Shown here one piece after another: positions 38,868 to 48,284 of a stretch of 64,000 nt of DNA; position 1 is the first letter of the stretch, and each line of letters opens with the position of its first letter. This DNA comes from a virus (taxonomy: Duplodnaviria; Caudoviricetes): positions 64,001-128,000 of the IMG/VR virus record IMGVR_UViG_3300021399_000111; one strand, given 5' to 3'. Below the pieces are notes generated by a model that did not search any database, was not told where the DNA came from, and was given only the letters and a program-made list of their open reading frames with translations. The position numbers and the translations under genes are program-made.

Positions 38868-40292
38868 TTATCCTTCAGTAAATAATCCAATGGCAAAACC
38901 ACGACCCCAGTTTCCACCACCAGTAATGCCGTTAATTATAATATTGTTACCGTCATACTCATAAGTAGCATTTGTTAATTGAGTTGACATATCAGATGAA
39001 TAGAATCTTAATGTTGCATCCCATCCAGTACTTTGTCCAGTCCAGATATAAAAAACTGCACCAGAACCATTCTGATTGGCATATACACATTGAATAATAT
39101 TTCTATATCCACTAAAGATTTTCTTAAATCCAGGGATGATTATTCTATTAGCATTTGTAGTAAGATATGCCATTCTTATTTTAGGATCGAATCCAATAAC
39201 ATTTCCTAAGACATCGGTAATCTCTGGGTTAGTCATAGAGCAACGAGTATATTCAGTTTCTGGATCATTTGCTATTCTTACAAGAGGATAATATGTTACT
39301 CCAGAACTAATATCTACTCCATTTTCAGCAATCATTCTTACTTCAACATTATTAATTGTTTCTGTAACTCTGAATATCTTAGGAACTTCTCCTGCTTTTT
39401 TATCTATCGCTGGAGAGCTTCCTTTATAAAGTTGGACATAATATGTATGAGGATTTCCACCAGCTACTCCGGAAAGAATATAAGTTCCAGGTTTAAGATT
39501 AACTCTACCAAAACTAAAAATGGCAGCACTACTGCTACTATTAACACCAGTTGCAGAAATTGACATATTAGAATTAACTGTATATGTTATTCCATTATGC
39601 GTATAAGTATCTCCAGGATAATTATACCAAGGCTTAACCATATTTCTAGCACCTAGCATCTTATTTGCTTCCCAATCCATCTTGTTTTTGCTAAGATCCT
39701 GATTGGTTGCTCCGTAAGATTCAAATGTATCGTCCATATCTTCAATATGACGAATCATAGGCTTAAATGTAATATCAATATTACTTTCTTTAAGCCAATA
39801 GCCAGTTCCGCCTCTAATATATTTAAGATTATCTTTTACTTCAAATATAATACCATTGCCTTCATCGTAGTATATCTCAGAAATATCTGCAGAACCAGAT
39901 GGATTTTTATAATATAATATTATCCAGCAATAATATTTACTATTAGAAAGGGTATCCGGATCATAATATCCACCTTCTGGGCAACCTGTTAGTATATATT
40001 TCCCTTTTGGTAATATAAAATCTTTTTTGCGATCTTTAAATCTTATAGATGTATCACCTGTTGCCAATGATCTATCACCAGTAAGAGTAAATGAACCATC
40101 TCCATTATCAGTCCAATCTATTGATCCTTTAGCACTAGATGAAGAATCATCTTCTGGCTGTTCCCAAGGATAAGGAATAAGATTCTTAGCACCATTATTT
40201 TCTTGAATATCTTTTATACTTTTAATTACATCATAAGGAGTCCCAGCGATTCCTTGTTCTACGCCATTGGCGTCTCTATATTTCAAACTCAT
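38868..40292 (-). CDS. Tail fibre/receptor-binding protein
   Basis: Two GAKNL/GARNM...GKYILTG beta-sandwich units. Confidence 0.65.
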   Translation of the reverse strand: MSLKYRDANGVEQGIAGTPYDVIKSIKDIQENNGAKNLIPYPWEQPEDDSSSSAKGSIDWTDNGDGSFTLTGDRSLATGDTSIRFKDRKKDFILPKGKYILTGCPEGGYYDPDTLSNSKYYCWIILYYKNPSGSADISEIYYDEGNGIIFEVKDNLKYIRGGTGYWLKESNIDITFKPMIRHIEDMDDTFESYGATNQDLSKNKMDWEANKMLGARNMVKPWYNYPGDTYTHNGITYTVNSNMSISATGVNSSSSAAIFSFGRVNLKPGTYILSGVAGGNPHTYYVQLYKGSSPAIDKKAGEVPKIFRVTETINNVEVRMIAENGVDISSGVTYYPLVRIANDPETEYTRCSMTNPEITDVLGNVIGFDPKIRMAYLTTNANRIIIPGFKKIFSGYRNIIQCVYANQNGSGAVFYIWTGQSTGWDATLRFYSSDMSTQLTNATYEYDGNNIIINGITGGGNWGRGFAIGLFTEG

Positions 40293-40307
40293 TTCGCTTT
40301 ACCTCCT

Positions 40308-40865
40308 TTATACTGGGGTTACTGTAATAGTACTACTATGTCTAATTGGCATTATAATGGTTCCATAGTATCTCTTTACTTGTGCAGTAAAACTAGTATC
40401 GGTTATATTTGTGATTATCGTACCGCTATGGTCACCAACAATATCCGTTATAGCATCTGACCCGCCTCTAAATACGTATACATTTGGAATGCCCGTTCCA
40501 TATCCTTCAAAACACAAGAAAAATTCTCCCATTTTATTGAACGAGACATTATAAGTTTTGCCATTTGGACCTGCATCACCTGATAAAGTAATACTTTTAT
40601 TTTGTTTATTCGCAAGATTATTAACTATATTTGCTACTGAATCATAGACTGCATTACTGGTTACAGGATTCATATTGCCATTCTCTACTGCATCCACTAC
40701 ACCAGTAATATCACCATCATCAGTGATGGCTATAAGACAGTTTGTCGGGAGGGTCCCGGCAGCCGCAGCAGCATCATGAGCTGCCTTGGTGCCGAGCCAG
40801 ATACGCTGTCCGTTAGCCAGAGTTGTGAGAGTCCCTGTTAAGGGATCATATTTATTTAAACTCAT
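40308..40865 (-). CDS. Tail fibre-associated protein
   Basis: WLGTKAAHDA and VENGNMNPVTSNAVY modules. Confidence 0.6.
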   Translation of the reverse strand: MSLNKYDPLTGTLTTLANGQRIWLGTKAAHDAAAAAGTLPTNCLIAITDDGDITGVVDAVENGNMNPVTSNAVYDSVANIVNNLANKQNKSITLSGDAGPNGKTYNVSFNKMGEFFLCFEGYGTGIPNVYVFRGGSDAITDIVGDHSGTIITNITDTSFTAQVKRYYGTIIMPIRHSSTITVTPV

Positions 40866-40884
40866 TTATCTGTTTCCTCCTTTA

Positions 40885-43800
40885 TTATACTGGGGTTATA
40901 TTTTGAAGTAAATTATATCTGGTCATATTGCCATTAGTATCATATTTGAGCCAATATAACGTTCCGGAGACAACTCCTAAAATATAAATGTTATTGGTCG
41001 TTTTATCTTTAAATTTTATAAGAGATAATAATGATTCATCCATTGCATGAGATATAGTATAAGCACAGCCTACATCTCGTCCACCAGCCCATGATGAGGT
41101 ACCAGTTGCAGTTTCTTTGAATGGATATAACGCACACTTCCATGTATGTGTATGACCACACCATGAATATACATATCCATTAAGATCTGTCATGGCTGCA
41201 GTATTATAACTGTTATTACCTGTTTTTACAATCACTAGTGTTCCATAATGAGCAGAAGGTAAATCAGTAGGCTCATTACTATCATTAACTAATACTACAG
41301 TATAATGACCATTAGGCAAAGTTTCCACTAATTCTTTAGTAGTTCTAGATATACCTTTTTCAATATTTGCATAATTGAGAAGCTGTGTTATATTGACAAA
41401 ATTTTGAACTGGTCTTGTATAATTATAAACAGCTCCACCGCTGACAGCATTCATATCACCCTCAACAACTGATCCGGCAATATAAGCATCGCCATCAGCA
41501 CAAAGGTCATCCGTAAAAGCTACTAAATCATATTTAGCCTTTTCTTCAGTTGTCAAAGCTTCCCATTCTGTATGAGTTCCACGGAAAATATAATCCTGTT
41601 TTTTATCAATTGCTTCTTTTACTACTTTATTTTGAACAGGATTGATTGATTCATCATCTAATTCATCATCTATAACAATATTAATAGTAGGAACCCAACT
41701 ATAAGTTACATCACCAGTATCTGGATCAGTTTCACTCTTACATTCATAAATATATCCTTTAGTAAGAGTAGATGTTGTAGCTCCTTTATAATGAATTAAT
41801 TTACCAAGATAAGTAGCAGATGCGACAGGAAGATTAACTAAACTATCTAATTTATCTTCTAATGCAGATTTAATACTAGTTATTTCAACATTAGTGCCAA
41901 CTGTGACAGTATCACCAATAGCAATTGGAGAAGTTACTTTGTAAAGTTGGTCATTTACAATAATTAAATCGTCAATAGCATGAGCAGATTCTGCAATAGG
42001 TTTATCAACAGTTGCAATATCAGCTAAAATTTTAGCGATAGTGGCTTTGTTAGATTGTGAATCATCATAAGCGATTTTACCTCTATCACCTCTATAGGCG
42101 GTTTCGGCAGTTTCGCCAAGAGCAAGAGAAGAACCAATATTAATAAAAGTACTTCCGCTCCATCTGTAACTCTTTTCAGTAAGAAGATCTACATAAATTT
42201 TACCAGTTTCACCAGTAATTTCATCTTCCCATGTCCGTACAAACTCATAATAGGTCTTGCCAGCGTCTACAGTAATATCAGTAGTAAGAATATAATCAGT
42301 ACCATCAAATTCATACCAACCTTCTTCTGAAGGGTTCTCAGTTCCAACAGGAGTTACTGCATCAAAAGATTCAGTATATGTTTCATAGAACTTACCATCA
42401 TCTTCATTATAATATCCTTCTATTACATCATCAACATAAGAAGGAAGCTGAGATGCGGGAACCTTTCCGCTTTCATTAAGTTCTGCAAGACCTTTAGCAG
42501 CACCTTTAAGAGAAACATTAAGTTTCTTCTGATTAAGAAGTCCTAATGCACCTTCAACTGTTGTAGCATTTGCAGTTTCACTATCAATTTTTAAAGGTGT
42601 ATCAAGAACTTTATTTTGTTTAAGTTTAAGAAGATCTTCAATAGTTATTGCGGAAATGTTTGTTCCAACAACAAATGTATCACCTGTATCAATTGCCGCA
42701 ATTACTTTATAAAGAACATCTTCTCTAATAAGAAGATCATTAACTGCATAAGCTTTAGATGCAGTTGTACCATTTTCAAGTCCAGTAATATCCTTTTCAA
42801 GTTGCTCAATAACATCATCTCTATCACCAAGAAGACTGTTTACCCATTCTTCTACTGTAATAGATTCAATATTAGTATCTACAACAAGAGGATCATTAAT
42901 TGCAATAGCTACTTTGACTTTGTAAAGTGCATCTTCTAAGATAAGCAAATCTCCTACAGAGTAGGCTTTAGATGCGGCTGCCGCATCTTCCTCGACGCCA
43001 GTGATCATGCTTTCCGCAGTATAAACGTCAAGGTCAGTTTTAAGAGCCTCTTTAAGAGTGTTGCTTAATGTAATTTTGGTAGCATTAACTTTAAAATCAG
43101 TAACTTTACTACCAGATGCCTGGTGAGAAACTTCAATATCTGCGGGAGTTACATTTACATTTTGATTTGTATTATGTAAATGGATACCATCTTTAGAAAC
43201 CCCTATATATTTATTTCCGCTATCATCAACGAACATCATGTTGTTGTTATTGCCAGAAACAACTTGTGCGGGATTGCTATTAAAAATATCTTGTAAACTA
43301 GAAACACTATTGAAACTTCTAATATCATCAATTTTTGCGAGCTGGTCTGCGGTTTGTTTTGCTTTATTACCAACCCAATATGTTACAGCAGACGCAGAAG
43401 TAAAAGTATATGCACCATCAACAATTATTGCATCATAGAAAGCAACATCTTGTTCGTCATACATCTTCATATTTCCATCTGTTGAAGTAACAATAATTTT
43501 AGAAATTTGATGTCCATCATATTTAAATCTCTTAGCCGCGGGAATGTAAGTATAATGAACATTGTCTGTAGAAGAACTAAATCCATTATTCGTAAAAGCT
43601 TCAGTATTTGCATCCATATCTGTATGAGATAAAAGGATATTTACTGTAGACCATTTTTCAGAATAATAGAAAGGATATAACATACCAGAACTTATTACCC
43701 CAATAAAAAGAGGTTCAAGTGCAGTATTATATATATTCATTTCTCCTGTTGTGCTATTGATTACAATAGTAGAAATACTATAATCAGCTTCATTATGTAA

Positions 43801-44076
43801 ATATCGAATATTAGCAGTAGCAGGAGTAAAAGTGTATTCATCGCCATCAACATTAGTTGCAAAACCAATAGCCTCAAGATTTGTAGTATTGATAGTCATA
43901 TCAGAAGCAGACAATTCAATACTATTAAATACCCAGTTATCAGAAGCAACTCTATAAATTGCATCAACAAGGTACTGGCTAGGTAATGTCGCTACATCAA
44001 TAATTGGGAGATTCGCAAATGCTGATGTTAATGGATTAAGTTCATCCGTAATAGGATTATAAACATTAACACTCAT
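40885..44076 (-). CDS. Large modular tail fibre protein
   Basis: QLPSYVDDVIEGY/LALGET..TAYRGDRGK shared with 36569 gene; 3 ASKAY.V.DL.I..D.LYKV repeats. Confidence 0.7.
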   Translation of the reverse strand: MSVNVYNPITDELNPLTSAFANLPIIDVATLPSQYLVDAIYRVASDNWVFNSIELSASDMTINTTNLEAIGFATNVDGDEYTFTPATANIRYLHNEADYSISTIVINSTTGEMNIYNTALEPLFIGVISSGMLYPFYYSEKWSTVNILLSHTDMDANTEAFTNNGFSSSTDNVHYTYIPAAKRFKYDGHQISKIIVTSTDGNMKMYDEQDVAFYDAIIVDGAYTFTSASAVTYWVGNKAKQTADQLAKIDDIRSFNSVSSLQDIFNSNPAQVVSGNNNNMMFVDDSGNKYIGVSKDGIHLHNTNQNVNVTPADIEVSHQASGSKVTDFKVNATKITLSNTLKEALKTDLDVYTAESMITGVEEDAAAASKAYSVGDLLILEDALYKVKVAIAINDPLVVDTNIESITVEEWVNSLLGDRDDVIEQLEKDITGLENGTTASKAYAVNDLLIREDVLYKVIAAIDTGDTFVVGTNISAITIEDLLKLKQNKVLDTPLKIDSETANATTVEGALGLLNQKKLNVSLKGAAKGLAELNESGKVPASQLPSYVDDVIEGYYNEDDGKFYETYTESFDAVTPVGTENPSEEGWYEFDGTDYILTTDITVDAGKTYYEFVRTWEDEITGETGKIYVDLLTEKSYRWSGSTFINIGSSLALGETAETAYRGDRGKIAYDDSQSNKATIAKILADIATVDKPIAESAHAIDDLIIVNDQLYKVTSPIAIGDTVTVGTNVEITSIKSALEDKLDSLVNLPVASATYLGKLIHYKGATTSTLTKGYIYECKSETDPDTGDVTYSWVPTINIVIDDELDDESINPVQNKVVKEAIDKKQDYIFRGTHTEWEALTTEEKAKYDLVAFTDDLCADGDAYIAGSVVEGDMNAVSGGAVYNYTRPVQNFVNITQLLNYANIEKGISRTTKELVETLPNGHYTVVLVNDSNEPTDLPSAHYGTLVIVKTGNNSYNTAAMTDLNGYVYSWCGHTHTWKCALYPFKETATGTSSWAGGRDVGCAYTISHAMDESLLSLIKFKDKTTNNIYILGVVSGTLYWLKYDTNGNMTRYNLLQNITPV

Positions 44077-44094
44077 TAATGATTCCTCCTTATA

Positions 44095-44703
44095 TTAATC
44101 TTTTATAAACATTATATCACATATAACATCAGCAGCAGGAGCAGCTTGTGCAGTAAAAACAATCTTACCCGCATCAGTATCTGCGTCTATTTTAGCTGTT
44201 CTTGCTATACTAGGATTGTTATAAAAAATTTGTGCATGTGTATTAGCAGAAATGCGTGAATCAATCACTTCCGCAATTAAAGTAGTTGAATCAAAAACTA
44301 AAGGAACATTTTTTATAATAATTAAATCTTGCATATCTTTAATAGCTTGATAAACGCCATTACTGGTAACAGGATTCATGTTGCCATCTTCGACAATATT
44401 GGCTAAAAACCATTCTTCGCCAGCAAGGTCATCTGTTAAACAAACTAAAAGATATTTCTTTTTTTCATCTATTTCTAAAGCATGCCATTCAGCTCTTGTA
44501 CCTGTGAATATATTAGGATGCCTAGGATCTTCTTGATTTAGATCATCCAAAAAATTAACTATTTTATATAATACTTTTCTTTCTGGAGGAAGAGCGGCCC
44601 AGGCCTCCCGAGTACCAGTAAAAGTACTTGGATGTCTATATTCGAGGTCTATAGATAATCGCTCAAGACCCGCGTCATCTAAATACTTAATTTTATCATT
44701 CAT
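44095..44703 (-). CDS. Tail fibre-associated protein
   Basis: YLDDAGL, 2x FTGTR..W.AL, EDGNMNPVTSNGVY. Confidence 0.6.
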   Translation of the reverse strand: MNDKIKYLDDAGLERLSIDLEYRHPSTFTGTREAWAALPPERKVLYKIVNFLDDLNQEDPRHPNIFTGTRAEWHALEIDEKKKYLLVCLTDDLAGEEWFLANIVEDGNMNPVTSNGVYQAIKDMQDLIIIKNVPLVFDSTTLIAEVIDSRISANTHAQIFYNNPSIARTAKIDADTDAGKIVFTAQAAPAADVICDIMFIKD

Positions 44704-44777
44704 TATGTATTAACCTCCAAGTATATAATTAGGGGCCTGATATAGAATTTTATACCAGGCCCCTATATATTTAAAAG

Positions 44778-45869
44778 TTAGATAAAGAGATCATCAATTT
44801 CCTTTTCTGTTATTCTAACCATATCATCAGTACCGCCATTAGACTGGGCAACCCACTCTTTTTCAGTAGCATCATACTGATAAATAACAGCCTTCTTGTA
44901 ATGATCTGCTTCAGTATAGTAAACTTTTGCAGGATCAACAGTAGTATCTTCAGAAGCTACAAAAGCACACTCATAATATGTCTTACCTGCATCTGCTGTA
45001 ATATCTGTGCTAAGTACATAAAAGACTGCGCTAGGATCAGTAGCATCTTCCTCATAAAGACCTTGCTGCTTAGGATTGTAAATTGTAGCAGGATCAGCAA
45101 CAGGAGTTGCAGAATCTAATTCAAAATATCCATTCTCATTAGGTCTTCCTTCAGGGGTCTCAACCTTAACATAAATCTTAGAAGTTTCACCCATATAAAG
45201 GAATGTTCTACCATCAACTAATCTAGATGCGGGTCCCTGAGGGAACGTATCACCAAACTCAAGATATCTATCTTCAAGGTCGAATACTCCACCAAGAAGA
45301 TCCCACTTCATAACAGTGCCAGCTTCAAAATAATCCTTACCAGCTACTGCAAGTCTATCTTGAGAAAGCTTATAAGTAACTTCAGTTTCCTTCTCATACC
45401 AACCTAAAGCAGAAGGATCTTCAGTACCAACAGGAGTTACTTCAGTATAAGTTTCAGGATCTGTTCCATTTGCTTGATAATATGTTTTGCTAGGATCAAC
45501 ACTAGTGTCAGTAGAAAGTGTATAAACATCAGTTGTAGTATCAACTTCATACCAACCTCTAGCCTTAGGATCATCATCCGCCGCAACAGTAGCAACTTTA
45601 GTATATTCACCAGTAAGTAATTCTACTGCGGCAATGTTTTCACCATCAGCTACGATGTGACCAGCACCTTCAACGAAATCATCAGTTGTAAGACCGCCAG
45701 TTTTAATATTATACATCCAACCAGCTTTTACAGTATTAAGCGCAGGAAGTGCTTCAATGTTTTCTACGGTACTCTTAAATACGATAGCTTGAATTGGAGC
45801 ATACTTTTTGTCAATATTTTCAACTAAACGCTGAAGACCCGCATAATCGAGGTATTGTTTTTGTGCCAT
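44778..45869 (-). CDS. Structural repeat protein (tail-associated)
   Basis: YLDYAGL; repeated P...GWYE...Y.LS.D..V...K.YY units. Confidence 0.6.
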   Translation of the reverse strand: MAQKQYLDYAGLQRLVENIDKKYAPIQAIVFKSTVENIEALPALNTVKAGWMYNIKTGGLTTDDFVEGAGHIVADGENIAAVELLTGEYTKVATVAADDDPKARGWYEVDTTTDVYTLSTDTSVDPSKTYYQANGTDPETYTEVTPVGTEDPSALGWYEKETEVTYKLSQDRLAVAGKDYFEAGTVMKWDLLGGVFDLEDRYLEFGDTFPQGPASRLVDGRTFLYMGETSKIYVKVETPEGRPNENGYFELDSATPVADPATIYNPKQQGLYEEDATDPSAVFYVLSTDITADAGKTYYECAFVASEDTTVDPAKVYYTEADHYKKAVIYQYDATEKEWVAQSNGGTDDMVRITEKEIDDLFI

Positions 45870-45903
45870 TTGTTTAATTTCCTTTCTTTAAAATTTTTTA
45901 GTT

Positions 45904-46422
45904 TTAAAAACCAAATAAAGAATCAATGTCATCATCACTGATGACAGCTGGGTATTGAGGAACCCATTCTGTACCATCCCATAAATAAAAAATTCCTTCG
46001 TCTATGACATAGTACATTTTTCTGTCAGCACTTGTAAATCTGACAGGAAGGTCATCAACTGTTTCAACTAAATCATAATTACCATCTGGAGTACCTATGG
46101 CATTCCAATGACTTTCAATAAAAGTAGGATCTGAATTAGCAGTAATACAGCGATAAAAACACGAAGTATAGATTACTAAATCTCCATATTCATAATGATT
46201 ACCCGCTTCCCAGGTATATATTGGAGTACCATCATCGACAGCAAATTGTGTTTCTCTTGTATCACCTTCATCATTTTTCCATTCAAGAGTAATTATATTT
46301 TGTCCATCTTTTTTTATAACAGATTTGACCTTACAAGGAGCGCCTTTAAGTCCACCAAATTGAATTGCGGTTTCATTAGTGTACTTTTTACATAAGGCAT
46401 ATGTTTCTGCACTGAAAGCCAT
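45904..46422 (-). CDS. Structural protein with CBM5/12-like motif
   Basis: WEAGNHYEYGDLVIY...Y.C. Confidence 0.55.
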   Translation of the reverse strand: MAFSAETYALCKKYTNETAIQFGGLKGAPCKVKSVIKKDGQNIITLEWKNDEGDTRETQFAVDDGTPIYTWEAGNHYEYGDLVIYTSCFYRCITANSDPTFIESHWNAIGTPDGNYDLVETVDDLPVRFTSADRKMYYVIDEGIFYLWDGTEWVPQYPAVISDDDIDSLFGF

Positions 46423-46436
46423 TTATTTGCACCTCC

Positions 46437-46622
46437 TTATAATTCATGCCAAGTGTAATCATTACCCAGCATCCATACGGAGGAATCTTCAAGGATGATG
46501 CAAGTGCTTCCTGGCAACCATGCAGTAGTAGGAAGAGTTTCTATATCAGCAAGAGTATCAGCTACGGTATCATATTTATCATATTGTACTGTATCACCTT
46601 GCTGGATAATGGTGTATGCCAT
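46437..46622 (-). CDS. Small structural protein
   Basis: First gene after putative late promoter; AAGGAGG RBS. Confidence 0.6.
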   Translation of the reverse strand: MAYTIIQQGDTVQYDKYDTVADTLADIETLPTTAWLPGSTCIILEDSSVWMLGNDYTWHEL

Positions 46623-46826
46623 GTATTTTTCCTCCTTCTTTTTATTTCCTCTTCTTAAGAAAAAGTAACCAATACTTCTCTCTCTATATATTTAGATTTT
46701 TTTACTGATTAAATTTAGGGATTTGCCCAAGAAAGTAAAAGTGAAAATAGAAAATTGCGGGCGTCCTTTGGTTTTGGGAAGACGATGTTCTTGACCATTA
46801 GCCGCCCAAGCATCACAACGCAAAAA

Positions 46827-46854
46827 ATGGCAGAGAGTACATGCTCTCTGCCAT
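46827..46854 (-). terminator. Terminator closing the tRNA island transcript
   Basis: ATGGCAGAGAG-catgta-CTCTCTGCCAT followed by T-tract. Confidence 0.75.
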
Positions 46855-46893
46855 AGCAGCCCAGAACTGAACTTATAAATTCATCCCTAGACA

Positions 46894-46975
46894 CGCTGCA
46901 CACAGGATTCGAACCTGCAAAGCCTTTCAGCTCAACGGTTTTCAAGACCGCTCCCTCACCGCCCGGACATGCAGC
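46894..46975 (-). tRNA. tRNA-Ser(UGA)
   Basis: GCGGT-CT-TGA-AA-ACCGT, long variable arm. Confidence 0.9.
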
Positions 46976-47025
46976 ATTATTATTCACTTATCTGACTATA
47001 TTGCGCTTTATAGCGACGATTTCCG

Positions 47026-47135
47026 CAAGACACAATTAAAGCGTGGATTCGAACCACGATTACTTGACTTCCATCAAGCGTCCTTCCCCTTAGACGACTC
47101 TGGCTAGGAGCCAGTATGTTTGCTGTTTATGTCTT
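47026..47135 (-). ncRNA. Y-RNA-like motif copy 3 with embedded tRNA mimic (D, 6-nt-loop anticodon arm, T)
   Basis: AAGACAT-AAACAGCAA...CGTGG-TTCGAAT-CCACG...GTGTCTT-G. Confidence 0.7.
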
Positions 47136-47145
47136 TCTTTTGTAG

Positions 47146-47235
47146 CGGAGCCTGAAGGACTCGAACCTTCACACCAGATTTCTCTGGTCTAATTGATTAG
47201 CAATCAATCCTCGTCACCAATTTGAGTAAGACTCC
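47146..47235 (-). tRNA. tRNA-Ser(GCU)
   Basis: ATTGA-TT-GCT-AA-TCAAT. Confidence 0.93.
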
Positions 47236-47341
47236 ATTTGTGAGGACTAGGGCCTACCTCACTGTACCCGAAGCCTGAAACGGGCTTTCTCTTAATGTCG
47301 AGCCACAGCACATTTTTTTATTTCTTGATTTGCTTTGAAAA

Positions 47342-47417
47342 AGATATCGGTAGGATTCGAACCTACGACTACGAGTTTTGCAGACTCGCCTCTTTAGCCA
47401 GACTTGAGTACGATATC
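47342..47417 (-). tRNA. tRNA-Cys(GCA)
   Basis: CGAGT-CT-GCA-AA-ACTCG. Confidence 0.93.
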
Positions 47418-47425
47418 AACTAGTG

Positions 47426-47509
47426 TGGGCGAAGAGGGAGTCGAACCCACTCGAACCCGAAGATAGCAGATTTACAGTCTGCCCAGCCTCCGTAGCCGTT
47501 TACTCGCCC
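47426..47509 (-). tRNA. tRNA-Tyr(GUA)
   Basis: GCAGA-CT-GTA-AA-TCTGC. Confidence 0.9.
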
Positions 47510-47665
47510 AAAATCGCGGAGCGCAACCTCCGCCCGCAGAGGAGTTCCCCTGGAATTCCCAATCTTGACGAAATTGGTGGTGGACCTCTATACGGTATTA
47601 TCATTGGTGACCTCTTCTGAGGAACCGCATCCGGCCTCGGGTGTTAATGACTTTTCCTTGTCAAG

Positions 47666-47745
47666 TATCCGAGGAGGGACTCGAACCCTCACGCCTTCGC
47701 ACTGCATCCTTAGTGCAGCCTGTCTACCAATTCCAGCACTCGGAC
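47666..47745 (-). tRNA. tRNA-Leu(AAG)
   Basis: CTGCA-CT-AAG-GA-TGCAG, Leu-type D arm. Confidence 0.92.
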
Positions 47746-47750
47746 ATAAA

Positions 47751-47824
47751 TACTCAAGGTAGGAATCGAACCTACAAGACTTTGATTTTGAATCAAATAT
47801 GTCTACCAATTGCATCACTTGAGC
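47751..47824 (-). tRNA. tRNA-Leu(CAA), short variable arm
   Basis: TTTGA-TT-CAA-AA-TCAAA. Confidence 0.9.
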
Positions 47825-47831
47825 CTAGATG

Positions 47832-47904
47832 TCGAGATGATAGGACTTGAACCTACAGCTTCTTCCTTGTAGGGGAAGCACTCTCCCAGTTGAGTTACAT
47901 CTCG
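47832..47904 (-). tRNA. tRNA-Val(UAC), C33
   Basis: CTTCC-CC-TAC-AA-GGAAG. Confidence 0.9.
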
Positions 47905-47911
47905 AAATTCT

Positions 47912-47976
47912 TGCAACATTAGGATTCGAACCTAAACCTCCGCAGTCAGTGTGCTCCTCCAATTACACCATGTTGC
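47912..47976 (-). ncRNA. 65-nt tRNA-like RNA with truncated anticodon arm
   Basis: Perfect acceptor GCAACAT/ATGTTGC, D and T arms, anticodon arm reduced to CTG-ACTG-CGG. Confidence 0.75.
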
Positions 47977-48130
47977 TAACGATTATTCATACTTTCACAT
48001 CTGTTTAGCTATTTGCGCAATATAGCTCCGCTTATATTTCTTCCACCAATAAGTTGTTGCAACAACTTATTATCACCCTTGATGCTATCTCTTTGAATAA
48101 CCGTTGATTGTACTTGCAATTACAATCAAG

Positions 48131-48260
48131 AGGGAAGGTGAGGATTTGCACCCCTACATGATATAGCCCATTATGACCAAACACAATTCATCGAACGCGC
48201 TTTACGCTCCTTATCGCTATATCTTCCCAAGCCCGCGTCTACCTATTCCGCCACATCCCA
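48131..48260 (-). ncRNA. tRNA-like RNA (Leu-type D arm, TGCAAAT T-loop) with large stem in place of the anticodon arm
   Basis: GTGGCGGAATAGGTAGACGC; GATATAGC/GCTATATC stem; GGTGCAAATCC. Confidence 0.65.
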
Positions 48261-48284
48261 CTTACTCTGAATTGGTTTATAAAT

